Both the position numbers and the translations under genes were made by a program. From a virus: a DNA stretch of 64,000 bases. The stretch covers positions 14,232 through 78,231 of the IMG/VR virus record IMGVR_UViG_3300012665_000356; one strand, given 5' to 3'. The notes beneath the pieces are model-generated. The model did no database searches. It was not told the DNA's origin and saw nothing but the letters and a program-made list of their open reading frames with translations. The stretch's first letter is position 1; the number at the start of each line of letters is the position of its first letter. Of this stretch, positions 22,092 through 31,986 are shown in pieces.

Positions 22092-23309
22092 ATGGCATTA
22101 CCAGCAAGCGCAGCAGCACAATTTGACCCAGTTAGATTTAGTGATTATAATAATCTCTATAACTATGTTGCCGATACATTAGGCCCTATACCTGTTGACG
22201 GCGGCAACGTCTTTGGATATAGACTAGGGCGCGGCTATGGTCAGCTAACTACTAGTTTTAATTCTTTACTGTATCCATTTCTAAGAACTATTACAAATAT
22301 TACCAACGCTAGTCCTCCAGTTGTTACAACATCACTAAATCACAATTTAGTAGCTGAAGAACTTGTATATTTGGCAAACTTCACACAAGGTGGGTGGAAC
22401 ACATCTACCTTAGAATCAAATTATTTTGTAGTTGACCAAGTGTTAACGCCTACAACATTTACTCTTAGAGGAGTTGATACACGAACAACCAACGGCTTTG
22501 TAACTTGGGGTGTTGGTCAAACAGCACAGTGTACGCAGCCAATTATATCTGCTAATCAATTTAACAATTTAAGAGCTGACGTTAATAAAATTTATAAACA
22601 TACCACAGGTGTTAACGCAACACAAGGACAAATGCCTACAGTGGTAAGAAACGCAGGTATCAATCATAGCGTTTATTTGCCTTATTATAATTTAATAGAC
22701 AGTGTTTACAATGCTAATTTAAAATTAGGCGAAAGTATAGAATATCTAACACCAACTAGACCAACTAGAACTGCTAGTTGGAACTCAAGTATAGTCACTG
22801 AGTTTACAGTTGAGTTTCCCACAGAATATGACTTTGTTCAGTATTTTAATACTGGCGGGCTATTAAAGATGAACATATTAGTAACTTCTATCTCTGATGC
22901 TGCTAGAACTACTAAAAATCAATCATACGCAGATTTAGCCACAAATAATTTTCCATTGTATTACGGAGCATATCCTAAAGCCACAATGGGGTACACCGAT
23001 ACAACAAAATGGGCATCGGCAGGTGCTTATCAAGCTAGCTTGGCTGGATATACTGAAATTTATAGAGTTAATCCAACAGGAACATACGCGGTAAACTATT
23101 ATAGACTACAACATCGTTTAATTAATGCTAGACGCTTGTCTTTTGTTCTTACTGCGGTAGACGATGTATCAAACGCATTTGCTCAAGACGTTACAGCAGA
23201 CTTTGAATTTAATCTAAGTTTTATCTATACAACAGGATCGATTACTTTGGGCTTTAACCCATTGACTCAATTATCTGTAAACTATCAACAGACCTGGCAA
23301 GGTTCATAA
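22092..23309 (+). CDS. Putative virion structural protein
   Basis: 405 aa; ITNASPPVVTTSLNHNL beta module typical of phage tail proteins; last gene of the fibre run. Confidence 0.55.
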   Translation: MALPASAAAQFDPVRFSDYNNLYNYVADTLGPIPVDGGNVFGYRLGRGYGQLTTSFNSLLYPFLRTITNITNASPPVVTTSLNHNLVAEELVYLANFTQGGWNTSTLESNYFVVDQVLTPTTFTLRGVDTRTTNGFVTWGVGQTAQCTQPIISANQFNNLRADVNKIYKHTTGVNATQGQMPTVVRNAGINHSVYLPYYNLIDSVYNANLKLGESIEYLTPTRPTRTASWNSSIVTEFTVEFPTEYDFVQYFNTGGLLKMNILVTSISDAARTTKNQSYADLATNNFPLYYGAYPKATMGYTDTTKWASAGAYQASLAGYTEIYRVNPTGTYAVNYYRLQHRLINARRLSFVLTAVDDVSNAFAQDVTADFEFNLSFIYTTGSITLGFNPLTQLSVNYQQTWQGS

Positions 23310-23322
23310 ACGTTCGCATTCT

Positions 23323-23359
23323 AAATATCCTAGCATATATACACTGTGCTAGGATATTT
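23323..23359 (+). promoter_or_regulatory. 13-bp perfect inverted repeat overlapping TAAATA and covering the SD of the next gene (terminator and/or translational switch)
   Basis: AAATATCCTAGCA (23323-35) pairs with TGCTAGGATATTT (23347-59); AGGA at 23351-54; ATG at 23362. Confidence 0.65.
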
Positions 23360-23361
23360 TT

Positions 23362-23718
23362 ATGGATAAAAATCTTGAATCAATAATTGAACTATCGGAT
23401 AAAATGTTATCCTTTAGGACTCAGCGTCTTTACATAAAAGAAAAATTTGAAGCTGATACAGTATTTGGCTACAGTGGCGGAATATTTAAAATTGATCAGT
23501 CTTTTATTTCTTATGTTAAAGTTATGATTGATTTAGGAAAAAAATCAAACACAGTTATACTCGACATAAATTCAAATCCAATAATGATAGAAAATTTAGA
23601 TAATTTTCTTGTAGAAATTATTGACAGATACGTGAGTGCGTTAAATCGATATCACGCAGAGTATCAAGAACTTAAATCAACCAAACCTGGTTCTTGGAAA
23701 ATTTCACGTAAAGTATGA
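23362..23718 (+). CDS. Hypothetical protein
   Basis: 118-aa ORF with an ATGA overlap to the next gene. Confidence 0.6.
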   Translation: MDKNLESIIELSDKMLSFRTQRLYIKEKFEADTVFGYSGGIFKIDQSFISYVKVMIDLGKKSNTVILDINSNPIMIENLDNFLVEIIDRYVSALNRYHAEYQELKSTKPGSWKISRKV

Positions 23719-24545
23719 ACGCTGGAGCATTGATATTTGCCCATAATTCAGAGACATTAAACTATTTAAAGATGTCTTTGATAGCCGCTGGGCTTGTTAA
23801 AAAAAATTTAAATGTACCAGTTTGTTTGATCACTGATCAATATAGCATCGATCAAACAGATATTGATATTGACAAATATGTTGATTATGTAAAACTAATT
23901 CCTAGACCAGAAATTAATAATTACAGAAATTTAAATAATCAACGTTGCCAATTTATCAACGGTAACAGATTTTCTGCTTGGAAACTAACGCCATTTGAGC
24001 GCACATTAGTAATAGATTCTGATTTATTAATATTGTCCGACAGTTTGGCCCAGCATTGGGAGTCAGATGATTTTGTAATGTGCGGAAGAATGAACGACAT
24101 TACTGGTAACAAATTAGACAACGATGATTTAAGAGTGTCTGATCACAGTATACAGTTACGTTGGGCCACGGCAATAATGTTTACAAAAAATAGTTATACT
24201 GAAAAAATATTTGATCTTGTAGAATACATAAAACAAGAATACAGATATTTTTCAGATTTATATGAATTTGATCCTAGAAATTTCCGTAATGACATTGCCT
24301 TTTCAATTGCTAATCACATAATAAACGGATTCAAAGAAATTGATACGCATTTGCCTTCGCCGTTATTTTTTACAGATACTGATACTATTTTGTCTGTTAA
24401 TGACAATCAAATATTAATTCAAGCAGTTACTAATTCAAAAAATATTATAATTCCAGTATCTGGGTACGATGTACATTTTTTAAACAAAAAAAATATTTTA
24501 GAAAACTATCAAAGTTTGTGGGAGTTAGCATGTTTGGATACTTGA
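23715..24545 (+). CDS. GT-A (GT8-like) glycosyltransferase
   Basis: PVCLITD...LTPFERTLVIDSD (DxD) ... FRND pattern. Confidence 0.7.
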   Translation: MNAGALIFAHNSETLNYLKMSLIAAGLVKKNLNVPVCLITDQYSIDQTDIDIDKYVDYVKLIPRPEINNYRNLNNQRCQFINGNRFSAWKLTPFERTLVIDSDLLILSDSLAQHWESDDFVMCGRMNDITGNKLDNDDLRVSDHSIQLRWATAIMFTKNSYTEKIFDLVEYIKQEYRYFSDLYEFDPRNFRNDIAFSIANHIINGFKEIDTHLPSPLFFTDTDTILSVNDNQILIQAVTNSKNIIIPVSGYDVHFLNKKNILENYQSLWELACLDT

Positions 24546-25381
24546 TTGTAATTTCAAACGATGCTAATAAAAATTACGGAGCAATGGCTTCGCTATTAGC
24601 AATGTCTATTAAACATACTCAACCGTCGGGATACGACAATGTTGCGTTAGTTACTGATAGCGAAGAACAATTAAAAATTTTTAGAAATTTACCATACTTT
24701 GATAGAGTCATACATTGGGATCAAAAAAAGCATTGGGATGGTCGTAGTTGGATGGACAAATTAAGCCCTTGGGCTGAAACGATTTGTCTTGATGCTGATA
24801 TGATTTTTACAAGAGATTACAGCCATTGGGTAGACTATTTTATAAAAAATTGCGAGTTGTATATATCACCAACTGCTTATACATTTAGAGGTGACCCGTT
24901 AACTTCTACGTATTACAGAGAAACATTTGTAAAAAATGATATTCCTAGTGTATATTCGGCATACACGTATTTTAATAAAACCAGTGAACTTGCTAGAGAT
25001 TTTTTTAATCTACAAAGAATGATAATTGAAAATCCTTTGGAATTTAAAAATAACTATTTTGATAAATCACCACCGGAAGTAATAGGAACTGATGAAGCAT
25101 TTGGACTAGCAGTTAAAATTTTAGATATTGAAGATCAAGTTGCTTATAAACTTCCATTTCCAAGATTCGTTCATATGAAACCCATGGCACAGGATTTTCG
25201 TATACCTATTTCTCGTACAGGTTTAGATCTAGGATATTATTTTAAAAAAAATAACAAATTAAAAATAGGACAATTTGCTCAAACAGACATTGTTCATTAT
25301 GCTGATAAAGATATTAATTTAGAAAACATGATTAAAAATTATCAACAACTAATGATACAAGGATTAAAAGCCAATGGTTGA
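24530..25381 (+). CDS. GT-A (GT8-like) glycosyltransferase
   Basis: LSPWAETICLDADM (DxD), TDEAF, FVHMK, IVHY; start moved to the ATG at 24530, which follows GGAG. Confidence 0.7.
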   Translation: MFGYLIVISNDANKNYGAMASLLAMSIKHTQPSGYDNVALVTDSEEQLKIFRNLPYFDRVIHWDQKKHWDGRSWMDKLSPWAETICLDADMIFTRDYSHWVDYFIKNCELYISPTAYTFRGDPLTSTYYRETFVKNDIPSVYSAYTYFNKTSELARDFFNLQRMIIENPLEFKNNYFDKSPPEVIGTDEAFGLAVKILDIEDQVAYKLPFPRFVHMKPMAQDFRIPISRTGLDLGYYFKKNNKLKIGQFAQTDIVHYADKDINLENMIKNYQQLMIQGLKANG

Positions 25382-25964
25382 TCTTTACAAAATATGGGTT
25401 GAAAAAACTACAGGATCTATAATTTTGTATACTAACAGTGAATTGCCTGAATTAGATAATTCAATTTATGTTAGCTATACTGTGCCTGACCAATTTTCTA
25501 ATATTTTCGATAAAGTTAAAATAGGAGAATTGCCTTTAGGCAGATTGCGAGTAAATGTAGAAAGCAAAGATTTTAAGATTTTTAATTTAGATGATTTATC
25601 ATTTGACGATCCTGAGTACGGCAAATGGACAATGTTAACAGGGTATAGAAAAAATCCTCCAGCATACGCAGATGTAGTTTTAAAAATTTTTAGCAAACAA
25701 TTTAAACCGTATTTGTCAATTAAATTTGTTGGAGACCCAGAATTATTAAAAGATCCAAAAAGACATAATTTAGATTTTTATGTTACTGCGTTAAATGATA
25801 TTAATTGTTTATATGAAGCATTTCACACTAACTTTGATCAGCTAGACAAAAATTATGAAATTGTATATCCTATAGAACGTGTAGAACCTGATAACTTATT
25901 CCAAAACAATTTTAGCATTTATTATAGAAAAATTTTTAAAACGGTGTATTACATAATAGAATGA
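25374..25964 (+). CDS. Hypothetical protein
   Basis: 196-aa ORF overlapping both neighbours. Confidence 0.55.
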   Translation: MVDLYKIWVEKTTGSIILYTNSELPELDNSIYVSYTVPDQFSNIFDKVKIGELPLGRLRVNVESKDFKIFNLDDLSFDDPEYGKWTMLTGYRKNPPAYADVVLKIFSKQFKPYLSIKFVGDPELLKDPKRHNLDFYVTALNDINCLYEAFHTNFDQLDKNYEIVYPIERVEPDNLFQNNFSIYYRKIFKTVYYIIE

Positions 25965-26863
25965 AAACAACAGATTTAGATTTAATTTTTATCAGTTACG
26001 ATGAACCCAACGCAGACATCAACTTTGCTGATTTGGAAAAAATAGCTCCTTGGGCAAAACGTGTACACGGTGTTAAAGGCAGCGACCACGCACATAAAGC
26101 AGCAGCTGAATTGTCCTCGACTGAATGGTTCATCACTGTTGACGGCGATAACAAAGTTGATCCTAAATTTTTTAATATTGAAATAGAAAATCTTCCAGGT
26201 ATTAATGTCTACAGTTGGTGCGGAAAAAATTCTATTAACGGGTTAAGATACGGCAACGGTGGACTAAAGATTTGGAACAAACAATTTGTTTTAGATATGA
26301 AAACTCACGAAGCTGCTGACAGTGAAAACGCACAAGTTGACTTTTGTTGGGAAAATGGGTATATGAATTTTCCAACAGTATTCAGCGAAACAATAATTAA
26401 CTCTAATCCATTTCAAGCATGGAGAGCAGGATTTCGTGAAGGTGTTAAGATGCTGCTCAAAGACGGAGTTAAAATAGAAAAGTCTAAAATAAAAACAGAG
26501 GTATACTGGCATAACTTACATCGTTTGCGTATGTGGAGTTGTATTGGCGCACATGTTCCTAACGGAAACTACGCAATACTAGGAGCCAGGATGGGCAGTT
26601 GGATGACCTATTGCACAGATTGGAATTATATTGATGTTAGAGATTTTGATGTTCTTAAAAACATCTACAATGCTAATGTCACACATGACCAAATAGAAAA
26701 AGATATACAAGAATTATCAGTTACATTAAGAAACGAACTTGGATTAAATTGGGCCAACTTTGATGCTAAACAAAGTGAATACATTTGTGAAATGTATGAA
26801 GAATCTATAGCATTAGGCCAAACATATTACAACAAGGCACCAATATGGAAAAGTTTTTCTTAA
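25961..26863 (+). CDS. Phage GT-A-like glycosyltransferase
   Basis: IFISYDEPNAD..RVHGVKG..AHKAAA..FITVDGD (DxD)..YGNGGLK..AWRAGFREGVK. Confidence 0.65.
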   Translation: MKTTDLDLIFISYDEPNADINFADLEKIAPWAKRVHGVKGSDHAHKAAAELSSTEWFITVDGDNKVDPKFFNIEIENLPGINVYSWCGKNSINGLRYGNGGLKIWNKQFVLDMKTHEAADSENAQVDFCWENGYMNFPTVFSETIINSNPFQAWRAGFREGVKMLLKDGVKIEKSKIKTEVYWHNLHRLRMWSCIGAHVPNGNYAILGARMGSWMTYCTDWNYIDVRDFDVLKNIYNANVTHDQIEKDIQELSVTLRNELGLNWANFDAKQSEYICEMYEESIALGQTYYNKAPIWKSFS

Positions 26864-27525
26864 GTTACGACGATCCTAATCTAGTAGAAAATTTATCTAA
26901 AGCTAGAGTATTCATGCCGGATATTATTCAAGTAAACACAAAACAATCTATAGCAGCAAGCCATCAGTCCTGTGGAAAACAATCTTTAACTAGTCAATTT
27001 ATGGTTGTAGATGCTGACGCATATTTGTTAGATAATTTTAATTTAGTAGAAATTTATAATATATGTAAAGACCCAAATTGGGTTTATATTTTTTCTGCGA
27101 TTAATCCAGTTAATGATCTTGAATATGGGCATGGAGGAATAAAAATTTTTCAACGTAAATTTTTTGAAAATAACAACGTAGTAGATTTTTCTACAAGTTT
27201 TTTAGGAAAAATACGCACTGTAAAAAAGACTTTAAATATTCATCGTTTTAATACAGATCCGTTCCATGCTTGGAGAACAGCATTTCGAGAATGTGTTAAA
27301 CTAAGTTCGTCGACTATTGTTAATGGCAATAGTATAGACAACGAATATAGATTAACGACTTGGTGCGAAAAAATTAACAATGTTGAAAACGCAGAATACG
27401 TAAAAATTGGCGCACTACAAGGCAGAGATTACGGAAATAGTAATAAAAATCGTCCTGAAGAAATACAAAAAATAAATGACTTTACATGGTTAAAAAAATC
27501 TTATGAACAAGTGGTACAACGATAG
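26845..27525 (+). CDS. Phage GT-A-like glycosyltransferase (paralog of upstream gene)
   Basis: FLSYDDP..FMVVDADA..NPVNDLEYGHGGIK..AWRTAFRECVKL; collinear with 25961-26863. Confidence 0.65.
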   Translation: MEKFFLSYDDPNLVENLSKARVFMPDIIQVNTKQSIAASHQSCGKQSLTSQFMVVDADAYLLDNFNLVEIYNICKDPNWVYIFSAINPVNDLEYGHGGIKIFQRKFFENNNVVDFSTSFLGKIRTVKKTLNIHRFNTDPFHAWRTAFRECVKLSSSTIVNGNSIDNEYRLTTWCEKINNVENAEYVKIGALQGRDYGNSNKNRPEEIQKINDFTWLKKSYEQVVQR

Positions 27526-28906
27526 ACTTGAATACAAGCAAGACCTAGACAAAATAGGACACGGGTTCTGTACGGCTAAATGGTCACAAGTCACTGTTCA
27601 TCTTGGTTCTGGACACAATCATAGCTGTCATCATCCTAGAACGCATTTTATTCCTATACATGAAATAGTAGAAAATCCTAGTGCTCTACATAACACTAAA
27701 TTTAAAAAGAATATTCGAAAACAAATGCTTAATGGCGAACGGCCAATTGAGTGCGATTATTGTTGGAAAGTAGAAGATGCTGGTGAGCCTCTTAGTGATA
27801 GAATATTAAAAAGTTATGAACCATGGAGTCGTGATTATTTTGACCGTTTTATAAAAGCCGGAGCAGACGATAATGTTGACCCTACATATTTAGAAGTTAG
27901 TTTTTCAAATGTTTGTAATTTTAAATGTTCGTACTGTTCGCCCGATGTTAGCAGTCAATGGATGGAAGAAATTAAACAGCACGGCCCGTACCCTACCTCT
28001 ATACGATATAACAACATAGACTGGATTGAGCAACAGGATAAAATGCCTATTCCTGAGCGTGAGTATAATCCTTACGTAGAAGCATTCTGGAAATGGTGGC
28101 CAGATTTATATAAAAATTTACATACATTTCGAATCACCGGCGGAGAACCTTTATTAAGTAAACACACGTTTCGAGTTCTAGATTATATAATTGAAAACCC
28201 TAATAAAAATTTAGAACTTGGAATAAACAGTAACTTCTGTGTGCCCGACGAAGTGTTTGAAAAATTTCTATCTAAATTAGAAATTATTCAAGAAAGGCGA
28301 CTAGTAAAACATTTGGTAATTTATACCAGTTGTGAAGCTGCTGGTACTAAGGCAGAGTATATTCGTCACGGTCTTAGTTATGCTAAATGGTTTTCAAACT
28401 GTAATATGTTTTTAGACAGAGTTCCTAATGCCAAGTTAGGAATTATGAGTACATATAATGCGCTATCAGTAACTAGTTATACTGAGTTCTTAAAAGATAT
28501 GTGGTTATTAAATTATACGCATAAGAAAAAGAAATGGTATCAGTCAGTGGCTAATTTATTTGTGTCTGGAAATTTAGGACAGCATCCTTTAATACTAGAT
28601 ATACCATATCTTAATAACCCCCCGCATCAAACTGTAGGCATTCTTACTGCTGATTATATTCCACAAATTCAATCTTCAATTGATTATATGAATGCTAATA
28701 AAGAGTTTTATAAATCCGAAACTCAAAAATTAGAAAGATTGTTAAAAGTATTTGAACCAAAAATACTTGATACTAACATAGATAAAATTCGACACAGGAA
28801 AGATTTTGCTTTATTTGTCGATGAACACGATAAGAGACGAGGAACGAACTTTTTAAGTACGTTCCCCGAAATGACAGAGTTTTATAATTTATGTAAAAGT
28901 TACTGA
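27503..28906 (+). CDS. Radical SAM protein with N-terminal Cys-rich (twitch/SPASM-like) domain
   Basis: CNFKCSYC (CxxxCxxC), ITGGEPLL; N-terminal FCTAKW..SCHH..ECDYCW. Confidence 0.85.
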   Translation: MNKWYNDRLEYKQDLDKIGHGFCTAKWSQVTVHLGSGHNHSCHHPRTHFIPIHEIVENPSALHNTKFKKNIRKQMLNGERPIECDYCWKVEDAGEPLSDRILKSYEPWSRDYFDRFIKAGADDNVDPTYLEVSFSNVCNFKCSYCSPDVSSQWMEEIKQHGPYPTSIRYNNIDWIEQQDKMPIPEREYNPYVEAFWKWWPDLYKNLHTFRITGGEPLLSKHTFRVLDYIIENPNKNLELGINSNFCVPDEVFEKFLSKLEIIQERRLVKHLVIYTSCEAAGTKAEYIRHGLSYAKWFSNCNMFLDRVPNAKLGIMSTYNALSVTSYTEFLKDMWLLNYTHKKKKWYQSVANLFVSGNLGQHPLILDIPYLNNPPHQTVGILTADYIPQIQSSIDYMNANKEFYKSETQKLERLLKVFEPKILDTNIDKIRHRKDFALFVDEHDKRRGTNFLSTFPEMTEFYNLCKSY

Positions 28907-29568
28907 GTAACGAAATCAGTAGTCATTGGAAATATCTCAGCAATGACTTTAGCACAGGCCTTCGCAACTTCTTGGTGTTCTAATTGTGTGCCATTTGCGC
29001 TACGTAATTCGATAAAGTGTATCCATGAACGTAGTGTGCCATTCATATATAATCGACTTTCTGTAAGACCTTCTGGTAGAACAGCACGAGCTTGTTCTTT
29101 GGCTATGCCCTTAGCGATAGCCCATTGATAGGCACTTCGAGCATAGTCAATGACCTGCTGTTGTTGATGTTGCCAATCTCGCTGTAGGCGTTCATCATCC
29201 GTTTGGATACTATTCTGTCTGTTTTTTGTGTCTTGAAGTCTGGCTTCTCTTGTAACGAACGCCAAATCTTGAGTTGGGTCAGCATAGCGTTGACTGAATT
29301 CTTGGAAACTAAAACTTCTGTGTCGCAAGATTTGTCTAGCAATGTCTCTGGTTGTAGTGATTTCGATACAGGCGGAGACCATTTCGAGTGGGCTCCAGTG
29401 TTGGTGTTTGACCAAGTATCTGATGAGTTTTTCTGATGTCTCGGTGTTAAGTTGGTTTGCGGGATTGGAGACACGGGCGCAATACGCAATGAGTTCCTGC
29501 GCATCTGCGATACCCATGTCTCTAAATTCGCCTGTTGGTTGAGAATATGATAAAAGTTTAACATTCAT
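28900..29568 (-). CDS. thyX: Flavin-dependent thymidylate synthase
   Basis: RHRSFSFQEFSQRY ThyX signature; HWSPLE; EQARAVLP. Confidence 0.95.
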   Translation of the reverse strand: MNVKLLSYSQPTGEFRDMGIADAQELIAYCARVSNPANQLNTETSEKLIRYLVKHQHWSPLEMVSACIEITTTRDIARQILRHRSFSFQEFSQRYADPTQDLAFVTREARLQDTKNRQNSIQTDDERLQRDWQHQQQQVIDYARSAYQWAIAKGIAKEQARAVLPEGLTESRLYMNGTLRSWIHFIELRSANGTQLEHQEVAKACAKVIAEIFPMTTDFVTQ

Positions 29569-29571
29569 AAA

Positions 29572-29880
29572 TCACTCAAGTAAACCTTTCGTTGAATTAA
29601 TAACATCATTTTTTAATCTTTCTACATCTACTTGAAAATTAATTGTTTGAATATCTTCTTGATAATCTTTTAAAGCAACCATTAATTTTTCTACAATTTC
29701 GTCTTCATTGTTAAATTCTAGTTGTTCGCCAAGATCAATTGCCCATATTCTACCGTTAGTAAAAGAAATTTCTACACCATGGATGTATTTGATTGGCATA
29801 GAATTCATGTAGATGTCTTCAAATATCTCCGGCCATTCTTTTATGACATCCTTCGGAGGTTTGACAGATTTTTTAGGCAC
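29572..29880 (-). CDS. Hypothetical protein
   Basis: 102-aa ORF in a tightly packed - strand run. Confidence 0.55.
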   Translation of the reverse strand: MPKKSVKPPKDVIKEWPEIFEDIYMNSMPIKYIHGVEISFTNGRIWAIDLGEQLEFNNEDEIVEKLMVALKDYQEDIQTINFQVDVERLKNDVINSTKGLLE

Positions 29881-30484
29881 CTACTTCTTCTTTACTTTTA
29901 GTAGTTTTCTTTTGCGGAGGATCTAAATCGTCTGCTTGTTTACGAAGTTTTGCTGCTTCTTTATACATAGCATCTGCTTGGCTTCTGTAACTTCTAGCTA
30001 GATCTTTATCACTTAGTGGATCATTGCTAGATGATACTGTTGCTGGCACTTCTTGTATTTTAGCAGCCTCTCTAGGTTTTTCTGTTGCGCCTGGTTCTTT
30101 AACAGCTAGTTCATCAAGGCTAAGACCTCTTTGTTCTGCGATCAATTTGTTTAGTTCGTCTAATGAAATTGAGTCAGTAGTAGTTGGGGTCATTTCTACA
30201 TCTTTAGTTGCGACTTTAACAAGTCTACCTTCTTGATGTAACGCTGCTAACATTGGTCTTCCGTCTGGAAAATAACGTGATGATAATATTTCGCCAAATT
30301 CGTAGCAATCTTGTGCTTGTTGGCTATCTACTAAATTAATAATAGCATTATGTTGATCATCGTTAAGTTGGGAAGTTCCTACTACTAATGCGCTGTGCGG
30401 ATCGTCAGGAAGTGTACGAAAAGCAACAAGTACTTTAGCCTTATTATTTTTCATTCTTCCTACGTGTTTTAGGTTAGTTGCCAT
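29873..30484 (-). CDS. Hypothetical protein
   Basis: 203-aa ORF with an upstream AAGG SD-like sequence. Confidence 0.6.
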   Translation of the reverse strand: MATNLKHVGRMKNNKAKVLVAFRTLPDDPHSALVVGTSQLNDDQHNAIINLVDSQQAQDCYEFGEILSSRYFPDGRPMLAALHQEGRLVKVATKDVEMTPTTTDSISLDELNKLIAEQRGLSLDELAVKEPGATEKPREAAKIQEVPATVSSSNDPLSDKDLARSYRSQADAMYKEAAKLRKQADDLDPPQKKTTKSKEEVGA

Positions 30485-30488
30485 GATC

Positions 30489-30728
30489 TTATCCTTGTTT
30501 TGGTGGCTGAGCAGGTTGCTGTGGAGGTGTTACACTCTCCAAGAACGTATTCAACCGGTTATAGACCTTACCAATGGATTCCATCTCACTTGCTTTGAAC
30601 GCACCTCTAGTAGTTGCTACATCTAAAATGGTTCTCAATGCGTTGAGATCATTGATGGTCAATTCTGGTGTCTGCGGCGCTGCTGTTTCTGCTGGAGCTG
30701 CCTCAGGCTTCTTTGCTTCATCTGTCAT
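30489..30728 (-). CDS. Hypothetical protein
   Basis: 79 aa; AGGAG SD; RGAFKASEM motif. Confidence 0.6.
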   Translation of the reverse strand: MTDEAKKPEAAPAETAAPQTPELTINDLNALRTILDVATTRGAFKASEMESIGKVYNRLNTFLESVTPPQQPAQPPKQG

Positions 30729-30989
30729 TTATTGACTCCTTATTTGTGTACATGCTAGCATAAAATATGTGAGTTCTTTTTCTTCTTCAAAGCCCACAAA
30801 AGTAAACATTCCAGTGCTTTCTGGTTTGTTAACTAAACAGTATCTACCCTTCAATTTATATTTTATCCAATCTTCAATTTCTTGATTTAAAAATAGGCTA
30901 TCAGCACTTAATTTAATTTTAGAAAAATGAGGAGGCATCCATTTTAATGCTCGCTTGTTTAAAACATCTAACGGGTTGATATCCATCAT
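30729..30989 (-). CDS. Hypothetical protein
   Basis: 86 aa; TAAATA at 30999-30994 just upstream. Confidence 0.55.
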   Translation of the reverse strand: MMDINPLDVLNKRALKWMPPHFSKIKLSADSLFLNQEIEDWIKYKLKGRYCLVNKPESTGMFTFVGFEEEKELTYFMLACTQIRSQ

Positions 30990-31021
30990 GATATATTTAC
31001 AGTGTGTTTTTTAAAGGGTGA

Positions 31022-31411
31022 TTAATCTTGGCTCATGCGTTTTGATAGTGCTTTATTGTAGCCCATTTTTTGAACATCACCAGAAAATAGATACAATTCA
31101 AACGCAGTTCTTTCGGATATTACTGTTATGTCTTTCTTAGTAATATAATATGGGGTTTCAATAAATTTGTCGAGCCACACAAGTATTTGTGGAGTTATTG
31201 TAAATTGCCCTGGAAATTTTATGTTGTAGGTTTTTAGTTTGGATTGATTTTGAACAAAGTCAATTCCTTGTTCTGTAAGACGTAACCCGCCACCGTTTTT
31301 TTGTCTAACATTGTACCACCACTCTGCTCGTTTACTATCTATTAACTGGTCTGTTGGATCAATGTCTGCTGCGGATAAAAATGTTTTTGTGTATGTATCT
31401 TTGTTGTTCAT
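31022..31411 (-). CDS. Hypothetical protein
   Basis: 129 aa; ATGA overlap with the upstream gene. Confidence 0.55.
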   Translation of the reverse strand: MNNKDTYTKTFLSAADIDPTDQLIDSKRAEWWYNVRQKNGGGLRLTEQGIDFVQNQSKLKTYNIKFPGQFTITPQILVWLDKFIETPYYITKKDITVISERTAFELYLFSGDVQKMGYNKALSKRMSQD

Positions 31412-31698
31412 TGTCTACCAATAACTTCGCCTTGTGTCAGTTTGACAACTTCGAAGTCAGTGGTCTTAAACATCTTGTTCATCTTCTTAGCAAGATTATG
31501 AGCATGACCAGGATTTGAAAAACTTACTTTTTTATATTTAGGTCCGGGATAACTGAGTATCAAACTTCCGCTTTTGAGATTAAAAGGAGCCCCTTTGTAA
31601 AATACTGCCCAAATGGCTTCCGACTCTAACACTTGCTCAACCTTATGGTTTTCTTTGTTAGCATGTTCAAGTAATACTTTAGGTTTTGGTCTGCTCAT
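31408..31698 (-). CDS. Hypothetical protein
   Basis: Probable start MSRPKP at 31698; TAAATA at 31732-31727 upstream. Confidence 0.6.
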   Translation of the reverse strand: MSRPKPKVLLEHANKENHKVEQVLESEAIWAVFYKGAPFNLKSGSLILSYPGPKYKKVSFSNPGHAHNLAKKMNKMFKTTDFEVVKLTQGEVIGRQ

Positions 31699-31737
31699 TA
31701 ATGTTCTCAACTATAATACACGCATATATTTATCTTC

Positions 31738-31986
31738 TTAAAAAGTTCCCCCATCCATTGCTACGTTTATTTCCTGGGTCTGTATAGTCAATTTGTCCAA
31801 TTTGCCATTAATTTCGTCGATAGTTTTACCTAATTTTGAAGTAATTAAGGCTAAGTCAGTAATTAACTCTTTGGCTTCTTGTAAAGTTATGCGTATTTCT
31901 TTTTGATTAGTTTTTTCAGCAGTTGCTACTCGTTGTATAATTCTTTCAACGCTGCCGAGTCTTTCTGGTATATTATTTTGAGACAT
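31738..31986 (-). CDS. Hypothetical coiled-coil protein
   Basis: Probable start MSQNN at 31986; ends DGGTF. Confidence 0.5.
   Translation of the reverse strand: MSQNNIPERLGSVERIIQRVATAEKTNQKEIRITLQEAKELITDLALITSKLGKTIDEINGKLDKLTIQTQEINVAMDGGTF

Noticed and set aside
28895-28910. Terminator at the convergence of the two transcription arms
   Set aside because: The radical SAM and thyX genes overlap by 7 nt and no convincing hairpin is visible.
28900-29568. Thymidylate synthase as a pyrimidine hydroxymethylase providing the GT acceptor
   Set aside because: It is a canonical ThyX. T4-type dCMP/dUMP hydroxymethylases belong to the ThyA fold, and none is in this window, though one elsewhere in the genome is not excluded.
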